NCBI GenBank assembly: GCA_964016885.1
Contig: OZ024743.1
Span: forward strand, 110,608,001 to 110,672,000
Origin: Eledone cirrhosa
Lineage: Eukaryota
Direction: 5' to 3'
Length of the DNA stretch: 64,000 bases
Part shown: piece by piece, positions 44,581 to 58,303 of the stretch
How positions within the stretch are numbered: the first letter of the stretch is position 1
Layout: each line of letters starts with the position of its first letter
The notes under the pieces: generated by a model
Databases searched by the model: none
Told to the model about the DNA's origin: nothing
Seen by the model: only the letters and a program-made list of their open reading frames with translations
Program-made: the position numbers and the translations under genes

Positions 44581-46249
44581 GGTGGTGGTAATCATCTATA
44601 TGTCCGAGCCACTGTCACATGACAGCTGGCGGTTCGTTGGGGGCGTGTTCCGTCTATGTTTTTTTTTAGGAAAATATTTTTTAAGAAAATAAGATTCCAA
44701 TATTTGCGCTCAAGACCCAAATATTATGTGGTCGCATTAACACAGTACAATGTGGGGTGCATTATAAACATTTTGTAATAAAAATATTTGGATGATTACA
44801 GCGTACATACCTGAAAATTGACAAAACATAGGGAGCGATATTGAAATACGTCTTCGCAGACCAAACAATGACAACAATAATTATGTTAACTTTAGGCACA
44901 TGGCCAATATTTTGAAGGAAAGGTGAAAGTGGACCCCAGTGCATTGGTGGTGCTTTATATTATCTACCCTATAAGTATGAAAGACGAAGCTAACCGCGTG
45001 CGGATTTGAACTCAGAACGTAAAGGGCTGCAACGCGTTCTGTCCAGTGCTCCACATTCTGTCATCTTTAAAAGAAAGACAGTGATAACATTTAGCTCACA
45101 GGAAATGCACATAGATAATACAGGAAGGCATTTCCTTTCGATTGTGTTGCGTATACATTCACATACTTTTAATAATCTAAATGAAAACCTTGACAATACA
45201 CATACATTAAAATATCATATAATGGATGTTGAAATTAATAGTAACATAGATTATATAAGACATGTAATTCGTATTAGTTTCACAAAGCTGTTTCAAAACC
45301 AAACTAATATGTTTGTATTATTTGCCTCTGGCATATGACGTTTATTACACATAATCCTTGGCTTGCCATCCGTGTTATATCATTCAAATACACAACCCTG
45401 TCATCACTTTATTACCGCAAGGAATGTTTCAGTTATAAGGAAGCATGAATCGAAGTTAGGGATTTGTTCACATTTTTAAAAGGTAAATTATAGTTATGTT
45501 ATTTTTATTTATTTATTTTTGGTCACAAATAATTTTTTAACATGTCATAGTATATTATTGAAGAAAAGGGCAGTTAATGCTAATCTGTGAAATATTAATC
45601 CTGTCAGATTAAGAACCCGAATAACACCTCTTCCGCATTAGACCCAGGTTTATGATTGTGAAACACGGTGACAACCTGCCAATGACGGCTTTCTGAACTA
45701 GAAAACTAAATTATAAACAAAATAATCGCAATGACATAACGAAGAAAAGGAAGAGAAGAAAAACAAGCCAAAAAAAAAGTACAAGTAGAATACAAAGAAC
45801 AGGAATGAGAAGAAAATGTAAGAACAAAAATAGGATAATAATAAAATACCAACAGCTACAACACCACTAAAAACAAATTATATTAGTAATAATGATATCA
45901 TCAATACCAAGAAAGAAAATACTAATAACAATAACTATAGAACATCGAATAATAATATTAATAACAGCGATGAGAGTTATTCAACAGCAATCAATGATGA
46001 ATGTTCCTTTCTATTCCAGTTTCTCGTTTGAGCATTATACATTATTTTCTTTTTAAAGAATTGTTTAGTGCTGGAAAATCGTTTGTGGCATATGTGCACA
46101 TCTCAGTCTGACAGTTACTGGATACCAGCTCGTGTAATCCCAGAGGCAGAAAAAGACGACTGTCACCTTCAAGGATCTGAAATATCAGGCTTAATACGAG
46201 AGTGAGGTAGAATTCTTAGTCGCATAATGCTTCCAGACGCATAATAATA

Positions 46250-46770
46250 ACTGTTTCTACTTTTTGGCACAAGGCAAGTAATTACCCAGTGCATTACTGG
46301 TACTTTATTTTATCGACCCCGTAAGGATGAAAGGCAAAGTCAACCTCGGCGGGATTTGAACTCAGATCGTAAAGGGACGTAACTATGCTGGAAAGCATGG
46401 CGTCCGACCCTCTACCGATACTGCCAATAATAACAATAGCCATAATAATTGTTTTTACTTTTGGCACAAGGCCAGCAAATACCAGTACATTACTGGTACT
46501 TTATTTTATCGACCCCGTATGGATGAAAAAGCAAAGTTAACCTCGGCGGCATTTGAAATAGCCATAATAATGGTTTCTCATATAGGCACAAGGCAGGCAA
46601 TTTTGGGAGAGGGGGAAAGTGGATTAACTCGATCACAGTGCGTAAATGATACATTATTTTATCGACCCCGTAAGGATGAAAGGCAAAGTAAACCTCGGCG
46701 GGATTTGAACTCAGACCGCAAAGGGCCGTAACTCTATGTTGCAAAGGATGGCCTCCGATACTGCCAATAT
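46250..46770 (-). mobile_element. Cluster of 2-3 tRNA-derived SINE copies
   Basis: Repeated ggtactttattttatcgaccccgtaaggatgaaaggcaaagt.aacctcggcgggatttgaactcag; B box GTTCAAATCCC on the minus strand. Confidence 0.85.
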
Positions 46771-47054
46771 ACAAGTTAACAATACCCATAATAATAATAA
46801 TACATGTAATAATACGTGCTCTAGGAATGATAAAGAAAACATGCAGACAAATACATAGACAAAACCCCAGGACTTAAAAAATGAAAACAGCTTACAAAAG
46901 ATAGCACTACTAGGCTCTGCACACATATTACGAAATGTGCTATGCATACAATAGAAACATCATCAGCAAACACTTCACTGAACTAATTCAAGGCTCACAG
47001 AACTGTGCTCGGTAACTCAGTAATGAGAAGCAATACATATAATAATTGAAATAA

Positions 47055-47142
47055 TTGTTTCTATTTTAGGCACAATGCCAGCAATAACGCAGTACATTAC
47101 TGGTACTTTATTTTATCGACCCCGTAAGGATGAAAGGCAAAA
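47055..47142 (-). mobile_element. SINE 3' fragment
   Basis: Same family as 46250-46770. Confidence 0.75.
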
Positions 47143-47154
47143 ATAATGATAATA

Positions 47155-48760
47155 ATATTGCTTTCTATATTAACCACAATGATTGACATAAACTGTAGCG
47201 TTAAGGGCGGTAGAGGACGGTACAAATGGGCAATGTTGCGTGTAAAGCAAAAAAAAAAGAAAAAAGGAAGTTACAAAAAAAGGAAACGAAAGAATATTCC
47301 GCAATAGGGGGGAAACTCCGAGGCTCACTCGTGGAGAAAACCCACAAAAAGCATCGGTGACACTGATCACCACTGCAAGTGCCCTCTCCCAGTTTTGCAC
47401 CTCCAATCGACTAGCACATACTCAGAACAGGCGCCAATTCACTCGGGCCATGCTCACCTTTCTCACCCAGCTTTCAACAAATAGCTGGAAAGCGAGCAAT
47501 TCCCTCACCAACCTGACTTTCCTTTTCAAATGAAATTTGAAAAACTTAATCAAGGCTTCGTCGAGGAGGTACGTGCTCGTCTTCAGCCCTTTCAAACGCA
47601 TCCACCTCACGACCTCTTTCGCCATGGCTGCCAGGCAGATAAAAACTGCCTGCCCTTTCCCACTAAATGAAGGCGGCGGCGCATCCTCACGATGGACTCA
47701 GCTGATAGCCGGATCCGTCCTACACGCGACAGCATATATTCGACATAAACGCACAAGTCACAATGCTCGGACAAGAGCGTTTTCTTCAGCCTGCGCGCAT
47801 CTCGCACAGGTCCGGCTGATGGCAGTTCCATGCCTGTAGAGTTTATCCCGAACTGGCAAAGCTCCCCGGTAGCACACCCTGGCCAGGGATATCCACAAGT
47901 TGTCCATGTGCCCCCGCTCGAATATTCTCCCGAACTGATTGGCTAGTTGATTATTGTCGACGCCAAGAATCTCCCAAAGGCCGACCTTGCTCTTTCCCCC
48001 CACTAACTCTCTATATATTGCCATGGTGGACTTTTCAACGATCCCATCGCCTGACTGGTCGAGGCCTTTGAGCGCCTGAAGATATTCCAATCTCCAAGCG
48101 TTTCCTCTCGGTTGACATAGGACTGCAGCTCAGTCAAGGAAACGAACTGAGGAAACACGCATCGAGCAATCGGCGACCACGCCTGTTCACTGTCGAGAAA
48201 GAGATGGAGATGCCGTAGCCACATGCCGTAGCCTGAGCGCATGTCTGCTCATCGTCAGCCACAGCATACTCATTCCTCGACGGGTCTTGGCAGCAGGTGA
48301 ACCGTCTGAACATCGGAGTCCGTTCCTTCCACAAAAAGCAAAAAAAGCATACACTCCATCGCAGTGAAGTGAGGCTTAGGACAAGGCACGATGGTCAAGT
48401 GATATGCCCGTTCGCCACCTCCACTAGATCATTCAAGGATAACTTACTCTCGTCCAACTTCTAGATGAGAGAGGCCAACCTGCTCGTTACCACGTCCCAG
48501 CTTTTGTCGGTATGGAGCTCCATAAAGAACCAGAACCCTAGTAATTTAACCGGTCTGTACGTCCAGCGCCCGCCGAAGCTGCTGGGCGGCATGGACCTGC
48601 ATCTCCAGGTGATGAGCCGCAGACCCTCTGACTTGTCCTGGTTAATCCTTGTTCCAGTCACCATCTTTTATTTTCTTAGTGTACTGCCGATCGTCTTAAT
48701 GTGTTTGGCGATCAACACCATTACGGTGACGTCGTCGGCATATGCTGACACAGCTTTGAC
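47155..48760 (-). mobile_element. Decayed L1/Tx1 ORF2 3' half
   Basis: VSAYADDVTV at ~48720-48750, CYRGALPVRDKLYRHG, TCARC, MAKEVVRWMRLKGL. Homologous to 52433-54050. Confidence 0.88.
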
Positions 48761-49522
48761 AATGCTTTGCAATGAAGAATTGGTGAAGGGCCAATCTCGC
48801 CACAAACACGTGTGTTGCGATGCCTTTATATAGTGCATCGTCTAGTTTTCCAACTAATTCACCCTCTGCTCTATATTTCCTCTATTCCTAACACCTTACT
48901 AAACCTAATGGGCTCTATTCGAATCGCCCTTTTCAGAGCGAATCCACATTTTTCTTTCACGACTGACCCTGTCAACTCCCACTTAACAAATTCATTTTTC
49001 AGGTCTCTGTAGACTTTGCGAGGTGTCACTTACGCGTTCAATGTCCAGTAGCTGGATCCCTGTCTATGAAGCCTATCCATCTCGACGAGACAAATCACAA
49101 GTGTGTGGTCTGTGCAGTGGACCATCTTGCATTGTAGATGACCCGATGCTGTTTGTGCAGTTCAACTTTGGAACAGTCAGTACATGTCAGGCATTTGGCA
49201 ATGTCTGAGTAGGCTTTTACACCATCCTTCTTTATACTTTAGTCCCACACATTCTCAGCATGAATCCAACATCCCGTTCTAATCGCCCACTAACATTAAA
49301 GAGAGAGACGTTCCAAAGAATGTTTCCAGTCGCCTCATTGAAGAGAACAGCGAAACTGGAATTGTTTGTATATTTTATATTTTATATCTATCGGGACACT
49401 TTCATTTTAAATTAATACAATAGGGAGGTCCTAAAAATTCAGCTGCTTTTACATTTAAGCAAATGACATAAGCAAACATTACAGTCGAAGCTACAATCGA
49501 GTCATTAATTTCATAAACTTGT

Positions 49523-49713
49523 GGGCGGTGGATTGGCAGTATCGGTAGAGGGTCGGACGCCATGCTTTGACGTATAGAGTTACGGCCCTTGTCATTCTGA
49601 GTTCAAATCCCGCCGAGGTTAATTTTGCCTTTCATCCTTACGGGGTCGATAAAATAAAGTACCAGTAATGCACTGAGTAACTGCTGGCCTTGTGCCAAAA
49701 GTAGAAACAATTC
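49523..49713 (+). mobile_element. Full-length tRNA-derived SINE with a 15-bp target-site duplication
   Basis: A box TGGCAGTATCGG and B box GTTCAAATCCC. atttcataaacttgt is duplicated at 49508-49522 and 49714-49728. Confidence 0.9.
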
Positions 49714-49744
49714 ATTTCATAAACTTGTACACACACATTTTCAG

Positions 49745-50049
49745 CATAGGTGGATACTCCACATCATTTTAACTCTGATTGTGATTCGTGAAAGTGATTT
49801 ATCGAATAGACCTCCATCAAACGTACAGTCGAACTTCATTGACAAGGATTTGAAGTATGATTCCTCTAAATTTACTGGAACACCGAATGTTACAGACATT
49901 CTTGTGGATACATCACTAATTCTAAGAAGGCAGCAAATTGACAGATTGTTTGAACGTCGGATAAAATTATTTATGGCATTCATTTCGGATATGTGGGCGC
50001 TGAGTAACGATCCCACCATTTCCAGATTGATAAAAACATTATTCCTCAA
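49745..50049 (+). CDS. Candidate host coding exon (unknown protein, hydrophobic signal-like start)
   Basis: Acceptor cattttcag, donor AA|gtaatg, and 305 nt open in phase 0: HRWILHIILTLIVIRESDLSNRPPSNV...RLIKTLFL. Non-repetitive; no family recognised. Confidence 0.33.
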
Positions 50050-52344
50050 GTAATGGTATATATTAATAGAAATTTTTAACATTTCGTACCATTCACACCC
50101 TCCTTCCTCGAGAACGTCGTACGAGTGAATCCATATATACATGCATAAATACATACATACATAAATGCATGCATACATACATGTATACACACATATATGC
50201 ATACATATATGAATACATACACACAAGTACGTACAGATGGTGCTGGAGCTGCACTAAGAGAATAATAATAATCATCATCATCATAATCACTACTACTACT
50301 ACTAGTAGTAGTAGTAGTAGTAGTAATAGTAGTCGTCGCGTCGTCCTCGTCGTCGTCGTAGTAGTAGTAGTAGTAGTCGTAGTAGTAGTAGTAGTAGTGA
50401 TTGTATGTTATTCCACGTGGTAAGGATGTGACGTTTTCAGGGCGGCGGTGAACGGTCTGTGTTGTTTTTATAACGTTAGGTGGTGCAGTTTGAATGGTTC
50501 CTGTGGCCATAGCGGAGAATATTCTACAGCCAGTGTTGTTGTTGGGATTATATCCATGGTAGAGGTAGTGGTGGTTTTGGGGTGGCGATGGCGCCATAAA
50601 GAGTGGTGGAACTAGTCTAGTTAACATTGGTCTTTATGGTGGCGACGGTGTTATTACAAGTTGAACAAGGATTACTGTTTAGTAATTTCACAAATGCCGT
50701 CCATTGAAGAAGGAAGTGCAATCGGCCATTTCAGGTAGGAGTCCAGTGTAAATCATTCGTGCGTAACTGAAACGAAACGGACGCAACACAAGATAGACTA
50801 ATCATAGATTGTGAATAAACAAGACTAACGTATAGAGGAAGTTATCCCTTGAGTATGTCGCTAATATAGAAAACGGGAAACTCAGAGATAGATAAATAGA
50901 CGCAATATAAATATAAGTAGTAACATGCATATAGAGAATAAGGGTGATTGCTAAAAGGGTTTTTTGCCGATCCATCTGTCAGGTTTCTGCTTCCGATTAG
51001 ATTGCACAAGCTACTTGATAAGGAAGATAGGGAAATATGAGAAAGGGTTTGAAAGACAAAGTAGAATGCAAATAGTAAAATCGTTATAGTAAGTGAAACG
51101 GAAATAGTACAACAAGAAAAGTTAAATGTGTATCACCGTTGGAAGGGGATGCAGTTGGACGAGATTAATACATTTAAACAGAAATGCAATCATATGTAAA
51201 GCGAAAGGTTTAAAGAGGCAAACAAACTGTGGAGGGATAGAGAACGAATGCATGGGTAATAGACGCTATAGAGAGTTATTGATACTAGCAGAAAGGAACA
51301 GAGACATTGAAGTACAGAGAAACAAACACAATGTGAGATAAATCAATAAGGGGTTATAAAAGGAATATTAGGAAGGAAATATAAAACATTGGGGTTGGTG
51401 CAAATACATATTTAGATAAACCTATAATTATGAAGATAAATAAAATAAATATATTTAGTTTAAAAAATATATAGATGGATAGATATATAGAAATATAGCT
51501 AGTTAAAAAGATACAGAGACGAATAGATAGGTAGGTAGATATGTAGTTAAATGATAGTTAGCTAGCTAATTATATAGATAGACGTATAGATAGATAAAGA
51601 GAGAGAGATAGATACATATGTTTCTTTATTAGCCACAGGGGAAAGATATATAGATATATAGATAGAAGATAGATGAAGAGTCATGTAAAAAGTGATAACC
51701 ATATACGGAAATCATACATAAGAAACGTTATACCAACAGAAAAGATATAGAAAAATAAAAGCCTGGGCGAAAGTATAAGTAAAATATGAAGATAGAAATA
51801 AACGTAAATGGAAAGAAATAAGGTTGGGTTGTAAACACTTAGTAAAACCTCATGCAATAAATTCAATGACATGTTGGGAAGTACGGTAGAGGATGAGCGA
51901 CAGAGAGAATGAAGAACGATAGTATTTATTTACAACGTGAGCTCAGTAATCAAAGCTAGTTCATGTATAGAAATATATTGTCCGTAGATCATTGACTTAT
52001 TTCAAGTGGAATGAGTTGCGTTTGAAATTCCATTCATGGATTTGCGCTGGTCATCTGGAACTAACTGTTGTGCAGACGAAAGAAAATATCTTCCTATTCC
52101 CTACAGTATTTTGATGAATCTAGCAACATTATTTAAAATAAGTAAGACGACTGAGGCGGGTAGTGGAGTTAATCTTAAGTTTCAATTATTATCTGTGGCA
52201 TTTTGCAAACCCGTTGGGAGCCTGTCTTTCTAAGAATTAGAATATTAAAGAAGCAAGGAAGCAAGACTACCTAAAATTATAGGTATTTACAACTACATAA
52301 TTCAAAGTAACCCCACACTCACGGACATATACAAACACACACAG

Positions 52345-52422
<78 letters not shown>

Positions 52423-52654
52423 AAATAGATAGATAGATTTCTTTATTTACCATAAAGGCATAAAAAGAAGGGACAAATACAAAGGGGGAGTTTACATATA
52501 ATCGAGTAAAAAAGGGTGAAACATGAAAATAGTCGAAAATAACTTCAAAAGGGAGGGGACGTGATGGGGATTGCACACACCCCCGAAAAAAGTGTGCAAT
52601 CCTTTGCCCGGGGAGCACATGGAGAAGGTGCTCCCTTCTCCTTTACTTCTTTAC

Positions 52655-55600
52655 CTACAGGATGGTATACAGAGAAGGCCCATTTACACGAGCCATTCTC
52701 GCCATTATCACCCACCTTTCACAAAACTGCCTGTGGCCAAGCACCTCTCTCTCCATTCTTATCCTTCTTCCGAAGTGATATCGGAAGAAGTAGACCAGAC
52801 TATGGCCAGAGAGGAAGTTGCCTGACCTCAGACCTTTCAATCGTGTCCACCAAACAACCTCTTTCAACATGGCTATTACGCACAGAAAAACCGCCTTTGC
52901 TTCCTTTGTGAAGAGGGGAGGCGGTTTGATTTTCATCTCGGACTCGGCGGTCAATTTAATCGGCGCCACCCGCGACAACAGTCGTTCGGCGTAGCCCCAC
53001 AGATCAGCCACGCCCGGACATGCACCAATGCGTCCGCAACGGTTTCTTCGTGACGCACGCATCTAGGGCAAATCTTTTTTGAGGGATCCCTGCCTGGGCG
53101 CCCGTGTCTGTAGAGCCTCTCTCGAACGGGTAGAGCCCCCCGGTAGCACTGCCAGGCCAGTGACTTCTGGAAGTTGTCCATTGGTCCTGGGCCGAAAGTC
53201 CTACCGAACAGGCTGGCCAGTTCGTCTTCTTCCATGTCCAGCGACTCTCCAAGGGTGTCATCGCCCCTGCTAGCCACCAGCCCTCTATAGAATGATGAGG
53301 TGGATTCTCCACCGATGGCCTGGCCCGCTTGCCAGAGAGCCCTGAGCGCCTGAGCACACTCAATGTGCCAGTCTCCCAGTTTTCCGGATCTTTGCTTGAC
53401 CCAGGACTGTAGTTCGGTGAGCGAGACGAGTCTCGGAAAGGCTCGTTTCACGAACGGAGCCCACACCGGTTGACCAGTGAGGAATACCTGTAGGTGCCGT
53501 AGCCTTAATGCGTGCCTACGCATCATCAACCACGGCATCCCCAGCCCTCCTTTCGGAGGTTGTTGGCAGCAGATGGATCTTCTCACCATAGGAGCGCGCT
53601 TCTTCCAAAGAAATTGGAAAAGCATGCGTTCCATGGTGGTGAGTGTTTCCTTAGGGCAAGGCACGACAGTCAGGCGGTAGTAAGTGACGGACGCTATGTA
53701 AATGTTCGCCACCTCCGCCCGGCCTTTTAGGGACAGCTTACACTTGGCCCATTTCTGGGTTACTGCAAACACCTTGTTCGTAACCTCGTTCCAGTTCTTT
53801 TCCACCTGGAGGTCCGGTCCAAACAAGACCCCAAGCAACTTTACCGGGCCCTCCGTCCAGTGTCCGACGACACCGTCAGGAGGCATCGGTCTGCCTCTCC
53901 ACGTTCGGAGTTGCAGCCCGATGGATTTTTCCCGGTTCAGTTTCGCTCCTGACAACCTTTCGTACTCCTCCAGTAAGGTACCGATCGCCTCGATCTCCGA
54001 GTCGGTCGATACCATTACTGTTACGTCATCGGCGTAGGCCGACACCGCTTTGCTCAATCCTGGTTCCAGGGGGATACCCTGCAACAACTCCAACTTCCTC
54101 AGTAAAGGCTCGAGAGACAATACGTACAGAAGGGAGGAGAGAGGGCACCTCTGTCGAATGGATCGTGTGATTTCGAACGGCTTCGAAAGGTAGCCGTTCA
54201 CCTTGATCCTAGAACAGATGTGGTTGCTATGTAAGGCAGTGATCCAGCCTCTGAAAACAGGACCGAACCCAGCCGCCGCTAGCACCGCATCCAGGTAACC
54301 ATGGTCAACCCTATCGAACGCCTTAGACTGATCCAAGTTGATCAGGGCCCCACCGAAGCCGGGTTTGTTGCCAACCCTCTCTATGATGTATCGCATGAGG
54401 TGGAGGTTATCGTGAATGGACCTGGATGGGATAGCACATGTCAGCGCATCTCCAACCAGGCCACCCACGACAAGCGCCAACCTCTTTGCTAACACCTTGG
54501 CCAAAATCTTTAACTCTGTGTTTAGCAGGGTTATGGGCCGAAAATTATTTATACTATCTCCCTTGTTCTCGTCCTTCCTCACCAGCGTGACTACGCCCTT
54601 GGCTACAGAACAAGGAATTCTCCCGTTCTGCTGCCAATTGCAGTAGACCGCTTCGAGGAGTTCGGAGAAGAAGACCGGCATTGCTAAATAAAGTTCGTAA
54701 GGTATACCATCGAGACCTGGATATTTGCGTCTGCTGCATTGGCTCAGCGCATCTCCGATCTCATCAGCCGAGATTGGTCCCTCGCAGGACTCTGCCTCTT
54801 CGCTCGAGAGACGCGGCAGGCCGTCGAGGTATGGACCGAAATCCACGCCCCCGCCCGGACCCTCGCCTCCCCCGAACAATCGGGCAAAGTGCCTTTGAAA
54901 GGCCTCGCACATCTGCTTAGGCTCCCGGATCACCCGTCCATCTTCGTCTTGCAACGACCGGATGGTGCATCGATTCCCACTCTTAGCTTCTGTCACGCGG
55001 GCTCAGCCAACGGCTTTGGCCCCCTCATTACCTAGAGCACGTATTTTACTTCGAATGACGCAGCCTTCGTGCTTTGCATCGAAAAACTGGTTCAAGGCCG
55101 TCCTCGATTCCAGCACTCTGGCCAATCTTCGCTCTTGATTGCCTCTTCTAATTTACCTGTTAATTCTTTCTCGTTTCTATTCCTATCGGCAGCTAACATC
55201 TTGCTATAACTTATTGATTCTGTTCTAATCTCTCTTTTGAGAGATGCCCACCATCGGTTGTTGACGATTGCACCCGTCAACCTCTCCTTAACTAATCTGC
55301 TAATCCGGTTTCTGTAAGTCTCTTTTGCCAGTAAAGACAAATTAAGTTTCCAGTAACCGGGACCCTGTCTATGTGTTTTCTCGAGATTGACTACGCAGGT
55401 CACTAATTTGTGATCCGTGTAGCCAACAGTGAGCATTTCTGGACAGCTTAATATGTCCCTATCCTTACTTCTAACTAAGAATCTATCTAAGTACGATCTA
55501 GATTGACCACTGTGGTTTCTCCAAGTCCAGGTAGGCACAGTTGGAAAATCTAGTCGATATCTATCGACCAAGTTAAAACGGTCGAGTAACCCCTTGAGGA

Positions 55601-56089
55601 TGTTCACCCCCCTCTATTAGGACATGCTCCTGCATAGTCCCAACGTGCATCTAGGATGTCATTCCAATCCCCCGCTAGAAGCAGGGAACGCGACGTTCCC
55701 AGAAAAGTCTCCAAACGCTGGAAGAAGTCGGGCCGTTCAGCTCCGAAAGGGGAGTAGACGGCGACCAGTCTCAAGGCCCCACTTTCACTACTGCCAACGT
55801 CTAGCACCAACAAACGACCCTCCGGGTCCGAGTGCACAACCTGTACGGCAAGACCCAGGTGTTTTTGCAGCAGCACGACAACCCCACCCCCACCTCCAGG
55901 TTGACAGAGAGATGCATGCACCTCAAAGTCATCGAAGGTGGGGGCCAGCTGCCGCATGACGCTGATTCGAGTTTCACAGATAACCATTACATTTATACTA
56001 CATGACCTGAGGTCATTTAGAAGCTTTGCTTGCTTCCAAGTTGAGCCCAGGCCACGTGCATTCAAACATCCTACTCTTAACACATCCAT
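52655..56089 (-). pseudogene. L1/Tx1 ORF2 (APE endonuclease plus RT) split by at least 3 frameshifts
   Basis: LNARGL, ICET, AGDWN, SYLDRFL, TDH, YWKLN; PGLDG, FRPITLLN, DQSKAFDRVDH, YADD, CPRC. Pieces 55604-56089, 55092-55607, 52951-54996 and 52655-53062. Confidence 0.93.
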
Positions 56090-56122
56090 GTGGGCGGCAG
56101 AGCCAAAGGAGAGTGTAGAGAC

Positions 56123-58000
56123 CTACCTTTCCGCTTCCCGGGGTTCGGGTTGCACGACTTCCATGGGGTCGGGGGTGTTGGGTGAAGGGGTGTCTTGTGG
56201 TGGTGTGGGGTCGTCGGTGTGTGGTGGGGTTGGGGTGTTTGGAGTTGTGTTGGGGAGGGGAAGGGGAGGGGGAAAGCTTTTTAGTAGGACGCGGTTTATG
56301 GGTTTGACAGAGGGTGGTCCTACGTCCTCCTTAAAATCCTTTTTTAGTTTTTGGTAGAGGTTCATTGGGATTTTTATTAGTTTTAAATGTGGGTGGTTTT
56401 CTGATGAAACAAAGTTTACACCTTCGGTTTGTACCGAAGGATTATTGTATATGAGTTCATTTAATTTATTATTGTTTCTGTTGATGTAAGTATAGTGTAA
56501 TGTCTTTTTTTCCGATGGTGTGAGTGTTTCGAAGAGGGGAGGGGCAGGTTTGGTTTTGTTTGTTGCTGGAGGGGTGTTTTCTGTTTTGTTAGATTGTGTT
56601 GCGATTTGGGTGGGGGTTGTTTGTCCTTGTGTGTTTTGCACATGTTTTCTTTTTTTCCTTTTAATCTGTCTGAAGGACTCCGTTTCTTCCTCCGAATTCG
56701 TTGGGTTATCTTCAGTGTTGGAGGGAAGAGGTATGTTTGCTGGTAATGTTTCCGTGTTGGTTTTCTTTGTGGGGGAGATGGATGTCACTATGTTAGACTG
56801 TGTTGTGTGTTGTGTCTGCGGTGGTTGTGTTGTTTTATTGAGTGAGAGGTTGGGTGGGCCTGTATTTTGTTTTGGGGTAATGTGTTGTGACTGTTTGTGT
56901 TGTGGTGGTGTTGTGGTGTTACTGAGGGACGGGTTGGGTGGGACTGAGTTTTGTTGTTTGTTTATCTGTTGTGGTGGTGGTGGTGGAGCTGGTGTTGGTA
57001 GCAGGGTTTTCTTTTTGTTGAGTTGGGGACAAGCGGCCTTCAGGTGCCCTCTGCCTGCACAGATATGGCAGGACGGCCTTCTCCCCTCCACGCTAATGTT
57101 TATATACCCGTGGTCCTCTAATAGGATTCTGTCGGGTATTTGGGCGATGCGTTCAGGCTTCATTTGTACTACCAGCTCTATACCTGTTCCACTGAACGCA
57201 TTGCCTGTGGTTTTCCCAATGGAAATCACGTTGTCATTCACTGGATTGATGAAGCCAGCTATGAGCCAGCAGTAGTCCACATCTGGCATCATTGCATCCA
57301 GCCATATGCGTTGAGTTTTTTTTCCCATATAAGATGGATAAAAGGTGAAATTTTTCGAACGAATCGGTGACAAAGCACATTTTTTTGCCGCCGATTCGTT
57401 CTTCATGATAATTGCTAGGCTTCCATACAGTCTGTCTTTTCTTATGAAAGTTGTTTCATTCAGTACTTCTGCGAGTACTGTTTTGATATCTGCTTGAGAA
57501 GGCTGTTCAGGTTTTTTTGTACTGTTGTTGATGGTCCGAAACTTGACCGTTCGGCTTTCAATGTCTTTCGTGAATTCTTGAGGCATTTTTACCAATAGAA
57601 TACCATTCTCACCTTCACTTATGTATTGTTTTGCGTTCGTGATCCTTCGTACCACATCTGAAATGTTTTCCGCTATATAAGTCAAAGATTTCTTTGTTTT
57701 CTGTGCAAATGAAATCTTGTCGTCTGCTTTGTTTTCTGATATGATGTTATTTTCAACTGTTATTTTTTTGTTTGTTGTGTCTTTGTTTGTGTTATTAGTA
57801 TTGTCATGCAATTTTTCAAATTTTTTTTGTTCGTTGTTTTCGTCATTTAATTTTTTCTCCGCAGATTCGTCCGTTTTTATTTTCATTTTTCCTTCCTTCT
57901 CTATGACGTTAGTTGGGAAGGAAGGGAGGACTAAAGCGTGCGAGCTTACAACTCTTACCGCTGTCCCCCCACCACTATTTTCGTTCGCTGCGTTTAACAT
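56123..58000 (-). CDS. L1/Tx1 ORF1p (nucleic-acid binding, CCHC knuckle, P/T/Q-rich tail)
   Basis: 625-aa ORF containing VEGRRPSCHICAGRGHLKAAC, directly upstream of ORF2. Confidence 0.85.
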   Translation of the reverse strand: MLNAANENSGGGTAVRVVSSHALVLPSFPTNVIEKEGKMKIKTDESAEKKLNDENNEQKKFEKLHDNTNNTNKDTTNKKITVENNIISENKADDKISFAQKTKKSLTYIAENISDVVRRITNAKQYISEGENGILLVKMPQEFTKDIESRTVKFRTINNSTKKPEQPSQADIKTVLAEVLNETTFIRKDRLYGSLAIIMKNESAAKKCALSPIRSKNFTFYPSYMGKKTQRIWLDAMMPDVDYCWLIAGFINPVNDNVISIGKTTGNAFSGTGIELVVQMKPERIAQIPDRILLEDHGYINISVEGRRPSCHICAGRGHLKAACPQLNKKKTLLPTPAPPPPPQQINKQQNSVPPNPSLSNTTTPPQHKQSQHITPKQNTGPPNLSLNKTTQPPQTQHTTQSNIVTSISPTKKTNTETLPANIPLPSNTEDNPTNSEEETESFRQIKRKKRKHVQNTQGQTTPTQIATQSNKTENTPPATNKTKPAPPLFETLTPSEKKTLHYTYINRNNNKLNELIYNNPSVQTEGVNFVSSENHPHLKLIKIPMNLYQKLKKDFKEDVGPPSVKPINRVLLKSFPPPLPLPNTTPNTPTPPHTDDPTPPQDTPSPNTPDPMEVVQPEPREAER

Positions 58001-58232
58001 TTCTGTTAGACGATTGAAATTTTTTACACAAAATTTTTTTTAAAACAGGTTTTTCACCTCTAGGAGGGGTAAAGATGAGCTGACCCACCGCCTGACAGTT
58101 CAGACGGAGGGTCAAGCTACACAATTGTATCAAAATTAAGTTTGAACTCACAAAATTTCCTCAATAAATTTGAACAAAACTTCTGTGCGAAGTGAATGAC
58201 ATCCACACTGTAGAACAGACGACAGCTAGATT

Positions 58233-58303
<71 letters not shown>
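58233..58303. repeat. (GATA)n microsatellite
   Basis: Seen directly. Confidence 0.97.

Larger units (their letters stand above)
52425..58118 (-). mobile_element. Full-length L1/Tx1-clade LINE (ORF1 intact, ORF2 frameshifted)
   Basis: 5' UTR, ORF1 with zinc knuckle, ORF2 EN-RT-CxxC, and a 3' end aataaagaa(atct)n. Confidence 0.95.

Noticed and set aside
44605-44660. Promoter-like GTCACATGAC palindrome and GC box
   Set aside because: No downstream exon or other support, so it could be chance.
48770-49320. Possible very old LINE 3' remnant on the minus strand
   Set aside because: Similarity is too weak to assign by eye.
49523-49713. tRNA gene
   Set aside because: A and B boxes are present, but there is no cloverleaf. 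It is multi-copy with a TSD, so it is a SINE.
56520-57275. 251-aa Cys/Val/Gly-rich + strand ORF
   Set aside because: Antisense shadow of the low-complexity Tx1 ORF1.
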